Source of the DNA: Opitutales bacterium
GTDB taxonomy: Bacteria > Verrucomicrobiota > Verrucomicrobiia > Opitutales > PNEW01
NCBI GenBank assembly: GCA_965197745.1
Contig: CBDANS010000006.1
Coordinates: 1,453,834 to 1,517,833 of the forward strand
DNA: 64,000 bases
Direction: 5' to 3'
Shown here: piece by piece, positions 1-9,779 of the stretch
How the letters are laid out: the number at the start of each line of letters is the position of its first letter
Numbering within the stretch: the stretch's first letter is position 1
The notes under the pieces: model-generated
Databases searched by the model: none
Told to the model about the DNA's origin: nothing
What the model saw: only the letters and a program-made list of their open reading frames with translations
Position numbers and translations under genes: made by a program

Positions 1-263
1 AATTCAATAGTAATCTCATTAGCGGTTTGAACCACATGAGAAGCAGTTACAACCTTCCCGTCACCGGAAATTATTACACCAGAGCCCATTCCCTTATAGG
101 TAGCCATGAGGCGTTCCCTGGTTGGTGTGGATTTTTTCTCGTTAGTTTTGATTACGACGACGTTGTGCTTAATTTCATGAAAAATTTCATGAATTTCTTT
201 TGCCGATAAAGTTAATGAGCTTAAGGTTATAAATAGTGCTAACCCTGAATATAATTTAAACAT
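1..263 (-). CDS. Trypsin-like (S1C/HtrA-type) serine protease, N-terminal part; runs off the window start
   Basis: Manual translation from ATG at 263: signal-like N-terminus, then GMGSGVIISGDGKVVTASHVV (catalytic-His motif of S1C proteases). Missing from the ORF track. Confidence 0.85.
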   Translation of the reverse strand, partial: MFKLYSGLALFITLSSLTLSAKEIHEIFHEIKHNVVVIKTNEKKSTPTRERLMATYKGMGSGVIISGDGKVVTASHVVQTANEITIE

Positions 264-591
264 AACTTTGAAATTTGCTGTGATTTTTTCTCATTGTAAC
301 TGTTCGAGTGACATAGTAAGCACAAAATACTTTATTTCAATAGACTTGATAATTATAAGCCCTGTTAATCGTATGCAAGAATGCTTTGGAATGATTTCAC
401 GTGACTATAATAAATGAAAATTCTTCAGGGTATAAAACTATTCATTAATATTATACCTTCTAGCATTGCTTTCTTTATAGATCAAGTAGTGATCAGTGGA
501 AGAGGATTCTGCGTTCAGGGTTCAGGGAAAATGCCGATAGTTAGATGTGATAGTAAACAGTAAATAAGGGATCGTGTGTCGAAGAAAAGAG

Positions 592-939
592 ATGAATGCA
601 TATAAGCGCTTTGAAGATTTGAGCGTTTACCAGAAACTTTGCCAACTGCATATAAGGGTCTGTGATCTAACTCACATGTGGCCCGCTGAGGAGAAGTATG
701 AACTTGGATCCCAAGCGAGACTCTCTTCAAACAGTGTAGCTGCTCAAATGGCTGAGAAATATGACGATCGGCATATTAGAAATAAGATCGAGGGAGTAAA
801 TAGAAGTCGAGGCGAAGCGGCCGAAACTGTGCACTACTTATATATGGCCCACCTGAAAGAATATGAAAGTAGAGTTACATATGAAGATTATAGCCAACGC
901 TATCATGAATGCATCCGGATGTTGAATGGATTGGAATGA
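592..939 (+). CDS. Four-helix-bundle protein (23S rRNA intervening-sequence protein family)
   Basis: FEDLSVYQK...P.EEKYELGSQ.R.SSNSV.AQMAE...SRGEAAET...IRMLNGL matches the family; ATG 592 chosen as start. The TGA may be premature. Confidence 0.85.
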   Translation: MNAYKRFEDLSVYQKLCQLHIRVCDLTHMWPAEEKYELGSQARLSSNSVAAQMAEKYDDRHIRNKIEGVNRSRGEAAETVHYLYMAHLKEYESRVTYEDYSQRYHECIRMLNGLE

Positions 940-1051
940 ACTTTGGAGAAGCAATTACCCGAACAAGATCATCGCTGGCCGGAAGTCGCGCGAGGAGACG
1001 AAGAACGGTACGACGGCTTCCCTGAACCCCGAACCCTCTTCTCCCGAACCC

Positions 1052-1125
1052 CGCCTATCCTGAGCGTAGGCGAAGGGAACCCCACCTGCCCTGAGCTTGA
1101 TGAAATCCCTGAGCCAAGTTGAAGG
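1052..1125. repeat. Three copies of a CCTGAGC...GAAGG palindromic repeat (a fourth at 2441-2463)
   Basis: cctatcctgagcgtaggcgaaggg, cctgccctgagcttgatgaa, ccctgagccaagttgaagg; cctgccctgggctaagtcgaagg at 2443. Confidence 0.6.
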
Positions 1126-1236
1126 TTAAACAGGTTGTCTGTAGAAGCTTGGAAGAACAGAATACTGGAAAAATGGATGGTTGGGATTTCCTTTCGGCAT
1201 TTATTATTGACCCATATTTTATGATAATCTACCTAA

Positions 1237-1779
1237 ATGGGAAAAACTGAAATAAAATTAATGATGAAAAACAGAATTGTCTTTATTGGTCTAATTACAG
1301 CCATTTTTACCCTTAATTGTGAAGCGCAGGTTAGTAAATTTAATTATAAACTCGGTACGGATTTTTCCGCTTACAAGACATACGCATGGCACCCTAAAAT
1401 GGATGGTGTTTTCGATGGAACCGTGGACACGGATTTTCGTGATCCGGAAAATATTCAGCGTGTTAAAAAGGCGGTAGAAAAAGAATTGGTGAAAAAAAAT
1501 TGCCAGCAAGTCGATCGTAATGAAGCTGATCTCCACATTGCCTATAGCGGAAATCTGGAAAAAATAGTTACCTGGGGTCGTAAAGATGATAGAATCTATC
1601 TTTTCGAGGATACCCAAAACGCTAAAGGCACACTTTTTGTCGATATTATTGACGCAAATCATGACGAACTATTATGGCGTGGCTGGATAACCGATACCGT
1701 TGGTCTAGAGGTTAAAAAAAAGAAAATTATAAAGACGGTATCTAAAATTCTGAAGAATTACCCCCCGAAGGTGAAGTGA
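1237..1779 (+). CDS. DUF4136 domain exported protein
   Basis: Signal peptide; DFSAYKTYAW, EADLHIAY, GTLFVDIIDA...LLWRG, ILKNYPP. Confidence 0.8.
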   Translation: MGKTEIKLMMKNRIVFIGLITAIFTLNCEAQVSKFNYKLGTDFSAYKTYAWHPKMDGVFDGTVDTDFRDPENIQRVKKAVEKELVKKNCQQVDRNEADLHIAYSGNLEKIVTWGRKDDRIYLFEDTQNAKGTLFVDIIDANHDELLWRGWITDTVGLEVKKKKIIKTVSKILKNYPPKVK

Positions 1780-1943
1780 ACCCTTCGTCTCCTCCCAGGG
1801 GAGGCAGTGAGAGTGGTTTCAGGGTTAAGGGTTCAGGTATCAGTGAACGGTGAACAGTGGATTGTGAAAAAAATCGGGGTTCACTGTTAAGTGTCGGTAG
1901 GAGTTGACGATATCTAAAAGTGAACAGTTAGAGGAGAAAACAG

Positions 1944-2375
1944 ATTGTAGAGAGAAATCCACACGCTGCTAATTTCAGAGAACTGATAGTTTATCAGAAG
2001 GCAAAAGTTGTATCTGAGGAGATCTTCATCATCTCAAAACAATTTCCTAAGGAAGAAACCTATTCTCTTACGAACCAGGTGCGACGGTCATCCAGATCGA
2101 TTGGTGCCCAGATTGCGGAGGCATGGGGAAAACGACGCTACGAAAAACACTTTGTAAGCAAAATTACAGATGCAGATGCCGAACAATATGAAACGCAGCA
2201 CTGGATCGAGATGGCAGTAAATTGTGGGTATTTACGCGAAGATAATGCGAACGAGTTATGTGACAAGCTATCCAAAATAGGACGCATGCTAAATAGCATG
2301 ATAGTTAAATCCGCATCCTTCTGTGATAAGATCCCAATTGTTATCAGAGAAGATGCCACTGAATTTTTCACATAA
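1944..2375 (+). CDS. Four-helix-bundle protein (23S rRNA intervening-sequence protein family); start codon uncertain
   Basis: The frame continues upstream of the tracked GTG 2079 as NFRELIVYQKA...FPKEETYSLTNQVRRSSRSIGAQIAEAW. No ATG/GTG/TTG before an in-frame TAG; ATT 1944 lies 7 nt after GAGGAG. Confidence 0.85.
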   Translation: MVERNPHAANFRELIVYQKAKVVSEEIFIISKQFPKEETYSLTNQVRRSSRSIGAQIAEAWGKRRYEKHFVSKITDADAEQYETQHWIEMAVNCGYLREDNANELCDKLSKIGRMLNSMIVKSASFCDKIPIVIREDATEFFT

Positions 2376-2481
2376 TAAAGAGATATCTATTTATCTACTG
2401 TTCACCGTTTACTGTTCACCGTTCACTTTCCACCGCCCCGCCTGCCCTGGGCTAAGTCGAAGGAGCTCCCGACAACCTTCC

Positions 2482-3225
2482 TCACTTATTAATCCGGGCT
2501 TTACCAATAAACTTTTTAATACCTTTAACCGAACCTTTAGCAGCATTGCCAACTTTATCAGTTACATCAAAACCTACTCCCACCGCCAACCCTGGCACAT
2601 CTCGCACCTTGAGTTCGACATTAATAGTTACCTTACTTAGTATTTCTTTTACCAGCTCATCAGAAGTAATTCCTCCCGATTCCTTCCCCATATCGTGGAA
2701 TTCAATTCTCGGGACGGGAATGGTCATGTTTCTTGTTGGCATAATAATTTCGACACTGCCTCCCTCCAAAATGAATTCTGTGATTTCAAATCTTACCAAC
2801 TCCTCCTTATTATTTTCGCGCCGCTTTACCACTTCATTTACATTATTACGCAATTGGGTGAGGTTATTTCCCTTGGATGAATTTTCCAAAACGATTTGGG
2901 GTTCGCTGATGTATATTCTTTCGATGAGAAAGCGTTCAGAGAACAGAGAAAGCAGTTCTATATCGACTTCAACTTCTCCCAGGTAGAAAGCTTTATCGGA
3001 TTTAAAACCTTTGGGGTTGCCAATAAAAAAGCCTTTCAATGCCCCGTGCCCATCAAGAGGGGAAATATTGACTTCATCTAATCGAATTTCTGTCCGGGTT
3101 AGTGTTGACCCGATCGTTTCGACCCCGGCATGAATAACCTTGTCCATCGTAAACGCCAGGACAAATAAAAGCGTCACAATGAGGGCGAGGATGGTAACCA
3201 ATCCAATTTTAATTAGCCGTACCAT
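2482..3225 (-). CDS. AsmA-like membrane-anchored protein
   Basis: N-terminal TM helix; IGNPKGF, beta-rich VEVDIELLSLF...IERIYISEPQI...NNL. Confidence 0.6.
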   Translation of the reverse strand: MVRLIKIGLVTILALIVTLLFVLAFTMDKVIHAGVETIGSTLTRTEIRLDEVNISPLDGHGALKGFFIGNPKGFKSDKAFYLGEVEVDIELLSLFSERFLIERIYISEPQIVLENSSKGNNLTQLRNNVNEVVKRRENNKEELVRFEITEFILEGGSVEIIMPTRNMTIPVPRIEFHDMGKESGGITSDELVKEILSKVTINVELKVRDVPGLAVGVGFDVTDKVGNAAKGSVKGIKKFIGKARINK

Positions 3226-3317
3226 TGTTTATCAGTAATCTGTAGATGCCGAGAGTTAAATGATTCTCATTTATTTAGCGTACTCTTTCAATCTTCTAAT
3301 TATCCACTTTTCGCAAA

Positions 3318-4019
3318 TCACAGCTTTTCCCCGCTCCCGTATAGAAAATGCGTATCCGTTCTTTTTACTGATATCTGCCAACCGATTTCTTTGAGACGAG
3401 CGGTAAGTTCTTCGGGTTGGAAGAAGATCTTGATAATCTGGAATTCACGACCGTTATTGAGGTAACGAACAGATATATTATCGTCCTTCTGATTCAGGCT
3501 GTGGTTTTTTGCCCCTGCTGTCGGTGCCCCTAAAGTGTCAGCAAAAAAAACGCGTCCACCCGGTTTGAGTGATGATCGCACCACGTCCCAGAATTCAGAG
3601 AAACGTCCCGGGGGGACATGTGATAACCAAAAACTGAAAAATATTGCATCGTAAAGTTTGTCTGGTCGCCACTGGAATATATCTGAAATAACGTAATTAA
3701 CTTTTTTACTTTGTACTTTATTGCGATTTAATGTTACTACTTCTTCAGACGAATCGACGGCAGTGATATTATCAGCAAAAATAACAAGAAGTTCCGTCCC
3801 CCAGCCGGTGCCGCAAGCAAATTCCAGGACATTTCCGATAGGATTAAAAAGTCTGATTTGCTCACGCACTTCATCTAATTCTGAGAAAAATTTTTGATTT
3901 GAATCCGGTCCGCGATCGTACCGTCCTTTTCGAAGAAGCCAATCGTCGTACTCCCCGGCACGTGCCTGGTAGTAGGTGATCTGTTCTTCAAATATCTCCT
4001 TGTCGTCTGCAGTTGGCAT
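3318..4019 (-). CDS. Class I SAM-dependent methyltransferase
   Basis: VLEFACGTG, ITAVDSS, YDAIFFSFWLSHVP, LKPGGRVFF. Confidence 0.9.
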   Translation of the reverse strand: MPTADDKEIFEEQITYYQARAGEYDDWLLRKGRYDRGPDSNQKFFSELDEVREQIRLFNPIGNVLEFACGTGWGTELLVIFADNITAVDSSEEVVTLNRNKVQSKKVNYVISDIFQWRPDKLYDAIFFSFWLSHVPPGRFSEFWDVVRSSLKPGGRVFFADTLGAPTAGAKNHSLNQKDDNISVRYLNNGREFQIIKIFFQPEELTARLKEIGWQISVKRTDTHFLYGSGEKL

Positions 4020-4051
4020 CTGAACAGGTCTCGTTTCCCTTCCCAGGAAGA

Positions 4052-4651
4052 TTACAGGTTTTCCAGTTCAATTTCCCCCGATATGATTTTCCCTACGGTT
4101 TCAACAAGAAAACGATGCTCTCTATCGAGAACGCGCTTTGACAATGAATCAACGGTGTCGTCATCTGTTACGGGGATAGTGGTCTGGGCGATGATCGGTC
4201 CGGTGTCATATTCTTCGTCAATAATATGAATAGTAACGCCGGTCTCCTTTTCCCCGGCTTTCAAGACCGCTTCGTGAACGCGGGAACCGTACATCCCCTT
4301 GCCGCCATACTTGGGGAGCAAGGCCGGGTGAATATTTATTATTCTCCCTTTGTAATCTTTAAGGATTTTCTCTCCTATTTTTTTCATATACCCGGCGAGT
4401 ATAATGAGCTGGACTTCATGCTGTCGCAGAGCGTTGAGCATTGCGTTATCGAGAGTTTCAGGTGAGGCATGGGTCCTGGCATTGAGGACGGAGTAGGGGA
4501 TTTGCTCTTTCTTTGCCCGCGCGACTGCACCGGAATCGCCGTTGTTACTGATAACAAGAGCGGGATTTGCTTTAATCTCACCTGACCTGCAGGCATCAAT
4601 TATCGCCTGCATGTTACTGCCATTGTGTGATGCAAAAAAACCGAGATTCAT
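4052..4651 (-). CDS. purN: Phosphoribosylglycinamide formyltransferase
   Basis: FASHNGSNMQAI, ILAGYMK, INIHPALLPKYGGKG, ETGVTIH..DEEYDTGPII. Start reassigned to ATG 4651; the longer tracked ORF runs through repeats. Confidence 0.95.
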   Translation of the reverse strand: MNLGFFASHNGSNMQAIIDACRSGEIKANPALVISNNGDSGAVARAKKEQIPYSVLNARTHASPETLDNAMLNALRQHEVQLIILAGYMKKIGEKILKDYKGRIINIHPALLPKYGGKGMYGSRVHEAVLKAGEKETGVTIHIIDEEYDTGPIIAQTTIPVTDDDTVDSLSKRVLDREHRFLVETVGKIISGEIELENL

Positions 4652-4914
4652 GAGGTTTATTATCCCTGTATTAGTTGTATTACCGCTCAAGGTCCAGCAT
4701 TGATCAACCTGATGGATGGTGGAATACAGTTTTCCCTGCGTGTTTGAATGAACCTTTATTGGAGAAGCGTGCTGGGGATCAAGCAATAATTTAAGTCTGC
4801 GTTTGCCACGTCGTCTTCGTCCTACCCAAAAATTCGTTGCGGCCATGATCAACCGTCGTCCCGTCCCGCAATGGCGGGAGGACTATGTCGGACAAACAGC
4901 CCACTCCATTTGCT

Positions 4915-5943
4915 TTACTGCATCTGCTTTGGCAGCCACTCGAACCACCTGGCATGCCCGTGTACATTAGCGATGGGTTCATCAAATTTTTCTCCCTGAT
5001 GATAATAAGTTAAATGTAAATGGGGCATTATATTATTATGGAGATGATAAATGTCTCTCTGAGTACTGTGTTCTGTAATTAAATCAAATAGCTTTTCCTT
5101 TGTCTCCCGTGAAAATTGATTCGCTACATGGGTATGATAAATACAGAGAGCCGTATTTTCCGGGACTTCGTTTATTATTTCTGAAAGCCGTTCAACAGCG
5201 TCACCGGTGAATAATCGGGGTGGGTGTTCAGTGACAATTGCTTTCGCGGCCGCCAACAGCCTTACGCGCTCTTTTTCCTCCGGCCAGATTAACGCTCTTA
5301 ACCACAAGTACTGATCATCATCGTTTAAGTTGATAACATTCAGATCAACACCAAAACGCGAAACCACAGGAGGGGTCTGTTGGAGGAAATCCGGTTTATT
5401 TTCTCCACGAACGGTTGAAGTGATTTTAACCGTGGATACCTTGTTTCCATATATTTTACCGTCACCATAGGAGTAAGCATAATAGTCCCATAACAAATTT
5501 AATCCCGCGCTGGGGCCGATTTCAATAAGGGAGAGCGGGGTTTCCTGCGCGTGTTTATAGATGCGGCAAAATGAAGGGAATAAGTAAGCGCATCTTTTAA
5601 TCACGTTGGTTTGAACAAGCCGGGTTTTGAGAAGCTCTGTCATCTCATCGAGATGCTCCCGGCAGAAGGCAAGAAAGTGGGGATAACAGTCTTCCCGAGG
5701 TTCTGTTGCTTCCGTCATACTGGGATAATAGGCGGCTAACGCAGAGGAGGGTGATTGCAAAAGCAAGTAGTGAACTGCGGCAAACAATATATTGGGGACA
5801 GGTTGCCCCTTTTGCGCATTCGATGCCAATGCTAGCATTTCGGGGTCCTCCGCAATTGCCAGTGACAATTGTTCATATAACGGTGAAGCGTCCCGTGTTT
5901 CACTTTCAGCAAAGGCTCGAAATCTATCTGCGATATTTTTCAA
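4915..5943 (-). CDS. DUF2332 family protein
   Basis: SPLYEQL, PNILFAAVHYL, VQTN, LIEIGPSAGLNL.WD, WLRALIWPE, HGHARWFEW. Confidence 0.85.
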   Translation of the reverse strand: MKNIADRFRAFAESETRDASPLYEQLSLAIAEDPEMLALASNAQKGQPVPNILFAAVHYLLLQSPSSALAAYYPSMTEATEPREDCYPHFLAFCREHLDEMTELLKTRLVQTNVIKRCAYLFPSFCRIYKHAQETPLSLIEIGPSAGLNLLWDYYAYSYGDGKIYGNKVSTVKITSTVRGENKPDFLQQTPPVVSRFGVDLNVINLNDDDQYLWLRALIWPEEKERVRLLAAAKAIVTEHPPRLFTGDAVERLSEIINEVPENTALCIYHTHVANQFSRETKEKLFDLITEHSTQRDIYHLHNNIMPHLHLTYYHQGEKFDEPIANVHGHARWFEWLPKQMQ

Positions 5944-6020
5944 AACGGAATTGAATTAAGGTGAGTGGGTTTTATTTATAGTAGTGGCCGCGAATTGTAT
6001 GTTTGTTAATCAGGGATAAA

Positions 6021-6100
6021 GAAGCGTGCTGGGGACAGCCCTCTCCACCATTTATTATTTTTTGCAATGTATAGGTGGAACTCGGTGTCCCTACCGCGTT
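6021..6100. repeat. Inverted pair of GGTGG-type REP-like palindromes
   Basis: gaagcgtgctggggacagccctctccacc and ggtggaactcggtgtccctaccgcgtt; related copies at about 4764, 15261-15339 and 47092-47119. Confidence 0.65.
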
Positions 6101-6215
6101 ATCGGGTAATTTATATCTAAAAAATCATTGCGCGATTATACCAGCCGTCATCCGAATTAATTCGTTACGGCATGACAGTCATCGCGTGGTCCTCCAATTA
6201 CCAGTCTTGCCAGGC

Positions 6216-6989
6216 TTAAACCCGTGTCGAGTCGTCAATAGGCTCGTAGCCAATCAACTCTCGGGCGTGTTCAATATCCCAGCGCATGCCGGTGTTGTTT
6301 GACATGCCGTTGATGACCGCAAACTTGATCGCCGGATCAGCATTGATGCAACGTTCCATAAGCTGACAAAGGTCGGGATTTGAAAGCCACATAAGGTGAA
6401 ACCACGATTCGCGATCCGGGGGTAAGTCGTTTAATCGATTTTCACCTCTCTGGACCCAGCCAATACGAACGGCGATGAACGAGAACCCATGGGCATCGGA
6501 AAAACATTTACCCATACGTTCGCCCATTAACTTGGCCGAACCGTAGGGTGTGCTGTCGTAAGACTGTTCGTTGTTGACGTAATGTGTTCCCGGTAGCGGT
6601 GGAATGTCAGTGGTAATTTTATTTGGTGTGGGAACGTCTTTATAGCCGCCCATGGCGTGATTGGAACTGGCGTAGATGACACGCTTAACACCACCCTTTG
6701 CCGCTGCCGATAAAAGATTGACTACCGCATCGATATTCGAACCTACGACACTCGCCCAACTTTGATGGGCCGTGGGGTTGGCAGCCATATGCACGACGGT
6801 ATCGACATCCTGGAAGTGTTTAGACCAGGATTCGTTCCATTCGCTCATATCTGCCTGTTTGATCTCATTATCCCCACGAGGGTCAATATCGAGGAGGCGC
6901 AAATTATAGCGACCCTGCAAATGCTGCCTCAGCTTGTTCCCGATATTGCCCGCTGCACCGGTGATGAGTACTGTCTTCGTGGTGCTCAT
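6216..6989 (-). CDS. NAD-dependent epimerase/dehydratase family oxidoreductase (uronate-dehydrogenase-like)
   Basis: VLITGAAGNIG, VVHMAA, YASSNHAMG, YGSAK (YxxxK), IAVRIG. Confidence 0.85.
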   Translation of the reverse strand: MSTTKTVLITGAAGNIGNKLRQHLQGRYNLRLLDIDPRGDNEIKQADMSEWNESWSKHFQDVDTVVHMAANPTAHQSWASVVGSNIDAVVNLLSAAAKGGVKRVIYASSNHAMGGYKDVPTPNKITTDIPPLPGTHYVNNEQSYDSTPYGSAKLMGERMGKCFSDAHGFSFIAVRIGWVQRGENRLNDLPPDRESWFHLMWLSNPDLCQLMERCINADPAIKFAVINGMSNNTGMRWDIEHARELIGYEPIDDSTRV

Positions 6990-7002
6990 TTATGTGATAG
7001 GT

Positions 7003-7120
7003 GGGTTCAGGGTTCAGGGTTCAGGTTCAGGGTTCAGGGTTCAGGGTTCAGGGTTCAGGGTTCAGGGTTCAGGGTTCAGGGTTCAGGGTTCAGGGTTCAG
7101 GGTTCAGGGTTCAGGGTTCA
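7003..7120. repeat. Tandem heptamer (GGGTTCA), 17 units
   Basis: Counted directly: 16 perfect 7-mers plus one 6-nt unit (GGTTCA, 7024-7029). Confidence 0.97.
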
Positions 7121-7280
7121 GGGATTTTTTTTCTAACACTTAAAACTTAACACCGCCACTGCATTTTCACCGTTCACTGTTTACTGTTCACATCTTTCCC
7201 GACACCAGACGCCTTCTCCCTACTCTTCACTTCTTTCCCGAACCCTAATTCTTCTCCCCACTGTTCACTGGACAACCGGC

Positions 7281-9605
7281 TTACACTTTAACACCACTGC
7301 CTACGGTTGCAGGGGCGGGGTCTTCAACAGGTTGCTGCAATGCCGCGATTATGCAATCCGGGCTCATGGGCAAAGCATACAATCGTTTGCCTATGGCATG
7401 GTAAATAGCATTTGCGATGGCTGCCAAGGGGGGGACAATGGGTACTTCACCGACACCACGAATTCCGTGCGGGCTATTCGGATTGGGGACTTCTACTAAA
7501 ATAGTTTCGATCATGGGAAGGTCCAGTGCGGTCGGCATGCGATAATCGAGAAAACTGGTGTTAGCAATGGAACACGCATCATTGTAGAAGAAACCCTCAT
7601 TGAGAGCCCAACCGATACCCTGAACGACACCACCTTGAATCTGTCCTTCCACATAGCTGGGATGAATGGCGGTGCCGGCATCCTGGACTGCAGTGTAGCG
7701 CAGGATTTCAACCTTTCCGGTTTCCGGATCGACTTCGACATCGACGATATGGGTTGCATAAGCGTTGCCCGGGCCGCTCGCATTAATGGTCCCACTCCCG
7801 GTAATCGGCCCTCCGGTACTACCCTGTTCAGCAGCAACTTCTTTAAAGGTAAGATGTTTGCTCGAGTCCGAATTGCAAATGAAGTTACCATCCTTAAATT
7901 CCACATCATCTTTCTCTACCTCAAGTTGATCAGCGGCGCGTCGACACATCTCCTTTATAACATCCTGGGCCGCGAGGTGACAGGCATGTCCGGTAGCATA
8001 GGTGACGCGGCTGCCACCGGTGCCATCAGTATAAGCTATGGAATCGGTATCGGCGACCATGGGGTTGACATCTTCAACTTTCAAACCCAGTTCTTCAGCG
8101 ACGATCATGGCCATGGAGGCACGCGTTCCCCCAATATCGACTGAACCTTCGAGAAGATTTACGGTCCCGTTGGTGCTTACATTAATCACGGCAGCAGACT
8201 GACCGCCGCCATTAATCCAAAAACCTGAAGCCACACCGCGTCCACGATACGGACCTTCCAGTTTACTTTTATAGTGGTCCGATTGGAAGGCTGCATCAAC
8301 CGTTTCTTCACACCCAATTTTCCCAAAGACCACCCCATCTACCCGGCGGTCCCCCTCTTTTGCTGCGTTCATGCGACGGAATTCCAGGGGATCAAGATTT
8401 AGTTTTTCCGCGATTTCATCGAGAACCGTTTCCGAGGCAAAAGCGGCATTGGGTGCACCCGGTGCTCGGTATGCTTGTGATTTCGGTTTATTATTCACTA
8501 CGTCGTAGGCGTCGATATGGGTATTTTCGATATTGTAGGGAGAGAAAATACACATGACTCCAGCGCCCACCGCCGATCCGGGGTAGGCACCCGCTTCAAA
8601 AGCCAGGTAAGCCTCTGCTGCAGTAATCTTACCCTCCTTGGTGGCCCCCATTTTCACGCGGATATAAGATCCGGGTGCCGGTCCTGAACCTTCGAAAACT
8701 TCAGTGCGCGACATCACCATTTTAACGGGATGGCCTGTCTTGTGGGACATAACTGCAGCAGCAGGTTCCATATAAATGGGGAATTTACCGCCAAAGCCGC
8801 CACCGATCTCACAGGGAATAACCTTTATTTTAGAGATCGGGACCTGCAATACATCAGCCAGCTGGGCACGAATTTGAAATGGCCCCTGGGTGCTCACCCA
8901 GACAGTTACACTCCCATCCTTTTTCCAATGGACGGTCGTATTATGAGGCTCAATATAACCTTGATGAACGGTTGCGGTATTATACTCGCGCTCAATGACG
9001 ATGTCGGCTTCAGAATACCCCTTCTCTATATCTCCCAGTTTAAACTGGTTATGCGTGGCGATATTGCTGTGAATGCCTGTGTCTTCACCCAGAGCTTGCA
9101 TCGTTCTCTTTTCGTCCAGCAGGGGGGCGCCCTCTTTCATCGCTTCGCGCACATCTATCACTGCGGGTAGCGGTTCGTATTCGACTTCAATCAGGTCCAG
9201 GGCTTCTTCCGCAATATGCGGACTGGTGGCGGCTACGGCCGCAACAGCATGTCCCGTGTAAAGAACTTTATCTGAAGCCAGGGAATTGCTGGCGATTTCT
9301 CGGATGTCCACGACTGTTTCGCCGATACTGGAGACTTTGCTCACGGTCTCTACGAGGTCATCGGCAGTAGCCACGGCACGCACTCCCGGCAGTTTCATGG
9401 CTTTACTCGTATCAATTGATAATATACGCGCGTGAGCGTGAGGGCTTCGTTTTACCTTTCCATAAAGCAGGTCCGGGATACGCACATCCGCTCCGTAGAT
9501 GGCCCGGCCCGTCACTTTATCCCAACCATCGTGTCGGATTGGACGAGAACCAATTACATTGTATTTTCCATTACTTTTTCCGTTACCCGAAAAATCCTGT
9601 GTCAT
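7281..9605 (-). CDS. Xanthine dehydrogenase family molybdopterin-binding (large) subunit
   Basis: KVTGRAIY, RSPHAHARI, HQGYIEPH, GGGFGGK, AYRAPG, GGSR, VEGQIQGG, GVGE. Confidence 0.92.
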   Translation of the reverse strand: MTQDFSGNGKSNGKYNVIGSRPIRHDGWDKVTGRAIYGADVRIPDLLYGKVKRSPHAHARILSIDTSKAMKLPGVRAVATADDLVETVSKVSSIGETVVDIREIASNSLASDKVLYTGHAVAAVAATSPHIAEEALDLIEVEYEPLPAVIDVREAMKEGAPLLDEKRTMQALGEDTGIHSNIATHNQFKLGDIEKGYSEADIVIEREYNTATVHQGYIEPHNTTVHWKKDGSVTVWVSTQGPFQIRAQLADVLQVPISKIKVIPCEIGGGFGGKFPIYMEPAAAVMSHKTGHPVKMVMSRTEVFEGSGPAPGSYIRVKMGATKEGKITAAEAYLAFEAGAYPGSAVGAGVMCIFSPYNIENTHIDAYDVVNNKPKSQAYRAPGAPNAAFASETVLDEIAEKLNLDPLEFRRMNAAKEGDRRVDGVVFGKIGCEETVDAAFQSDHYKSKLEGPYRGRGVASGFWINGGGQSAAVINVSTNGTVNLLEGSVDIGGTRASMAMIVAEELGLKVEDVNPMVADTDSIAYTDGTGGSRVTYATGHACHLAAQDVIKEMCRRAADQLEVEKDDVEFKDGNFICNSDSSKHLTFKEVAAEQGSTGGPITGSGTINASGPGNAYATHIVDVEVDPETGKVEILRYTAVQDAGTAIHPSYVEGQIQGGVVQGIGWALNEGFFYNDACSIANTSFLDYRMPTALDLPMIETILVEVPNPNSPHGIRGVGEVPIVPPLAAIANAIYHAIGKRLYALPMSPDCIIAALQQPVEDPAPATVGSGVKV

Positions 9606-9779
9606 TTCTATTTTCTCCTTTATACGGCGTTATATCTAAAATGAGTGCTATATATCTATATTTTCATTCTTATATATAAGGAAGAGTGTAATTACCATCT
9701 TATTTCCCCGTTGCTGGCAAGTCTGGGATACTCCAAATTTAATCAGGGTTTTTTTCATCCGAGAAGTGATTCAAGAGTA

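Noticed and set aside
27..209. 60-aa plus-strand ORF
   Set aside because: It is antisense to the serine protease N-terminus.
4652..4852. N-terminal extension of PurN
   Set aside because: It runs through intergenic repeat modules; PurN homology starts at ATG 4651.
7003..7120. CRISPR array
   Set aside because: No spacers, 7-bp unit, and no cas genes in the window.
6762..7143. ORFs containing (GFRVQGS)n
   Set aside because: They are translations of the GGGTTCA tract, antisense to a real gene.
7281..9605. Aerobic CO dehydrogenase coxL
   Set aside because: The active-site loop is AYRAPG, and coxM/coxS are not adjacent.
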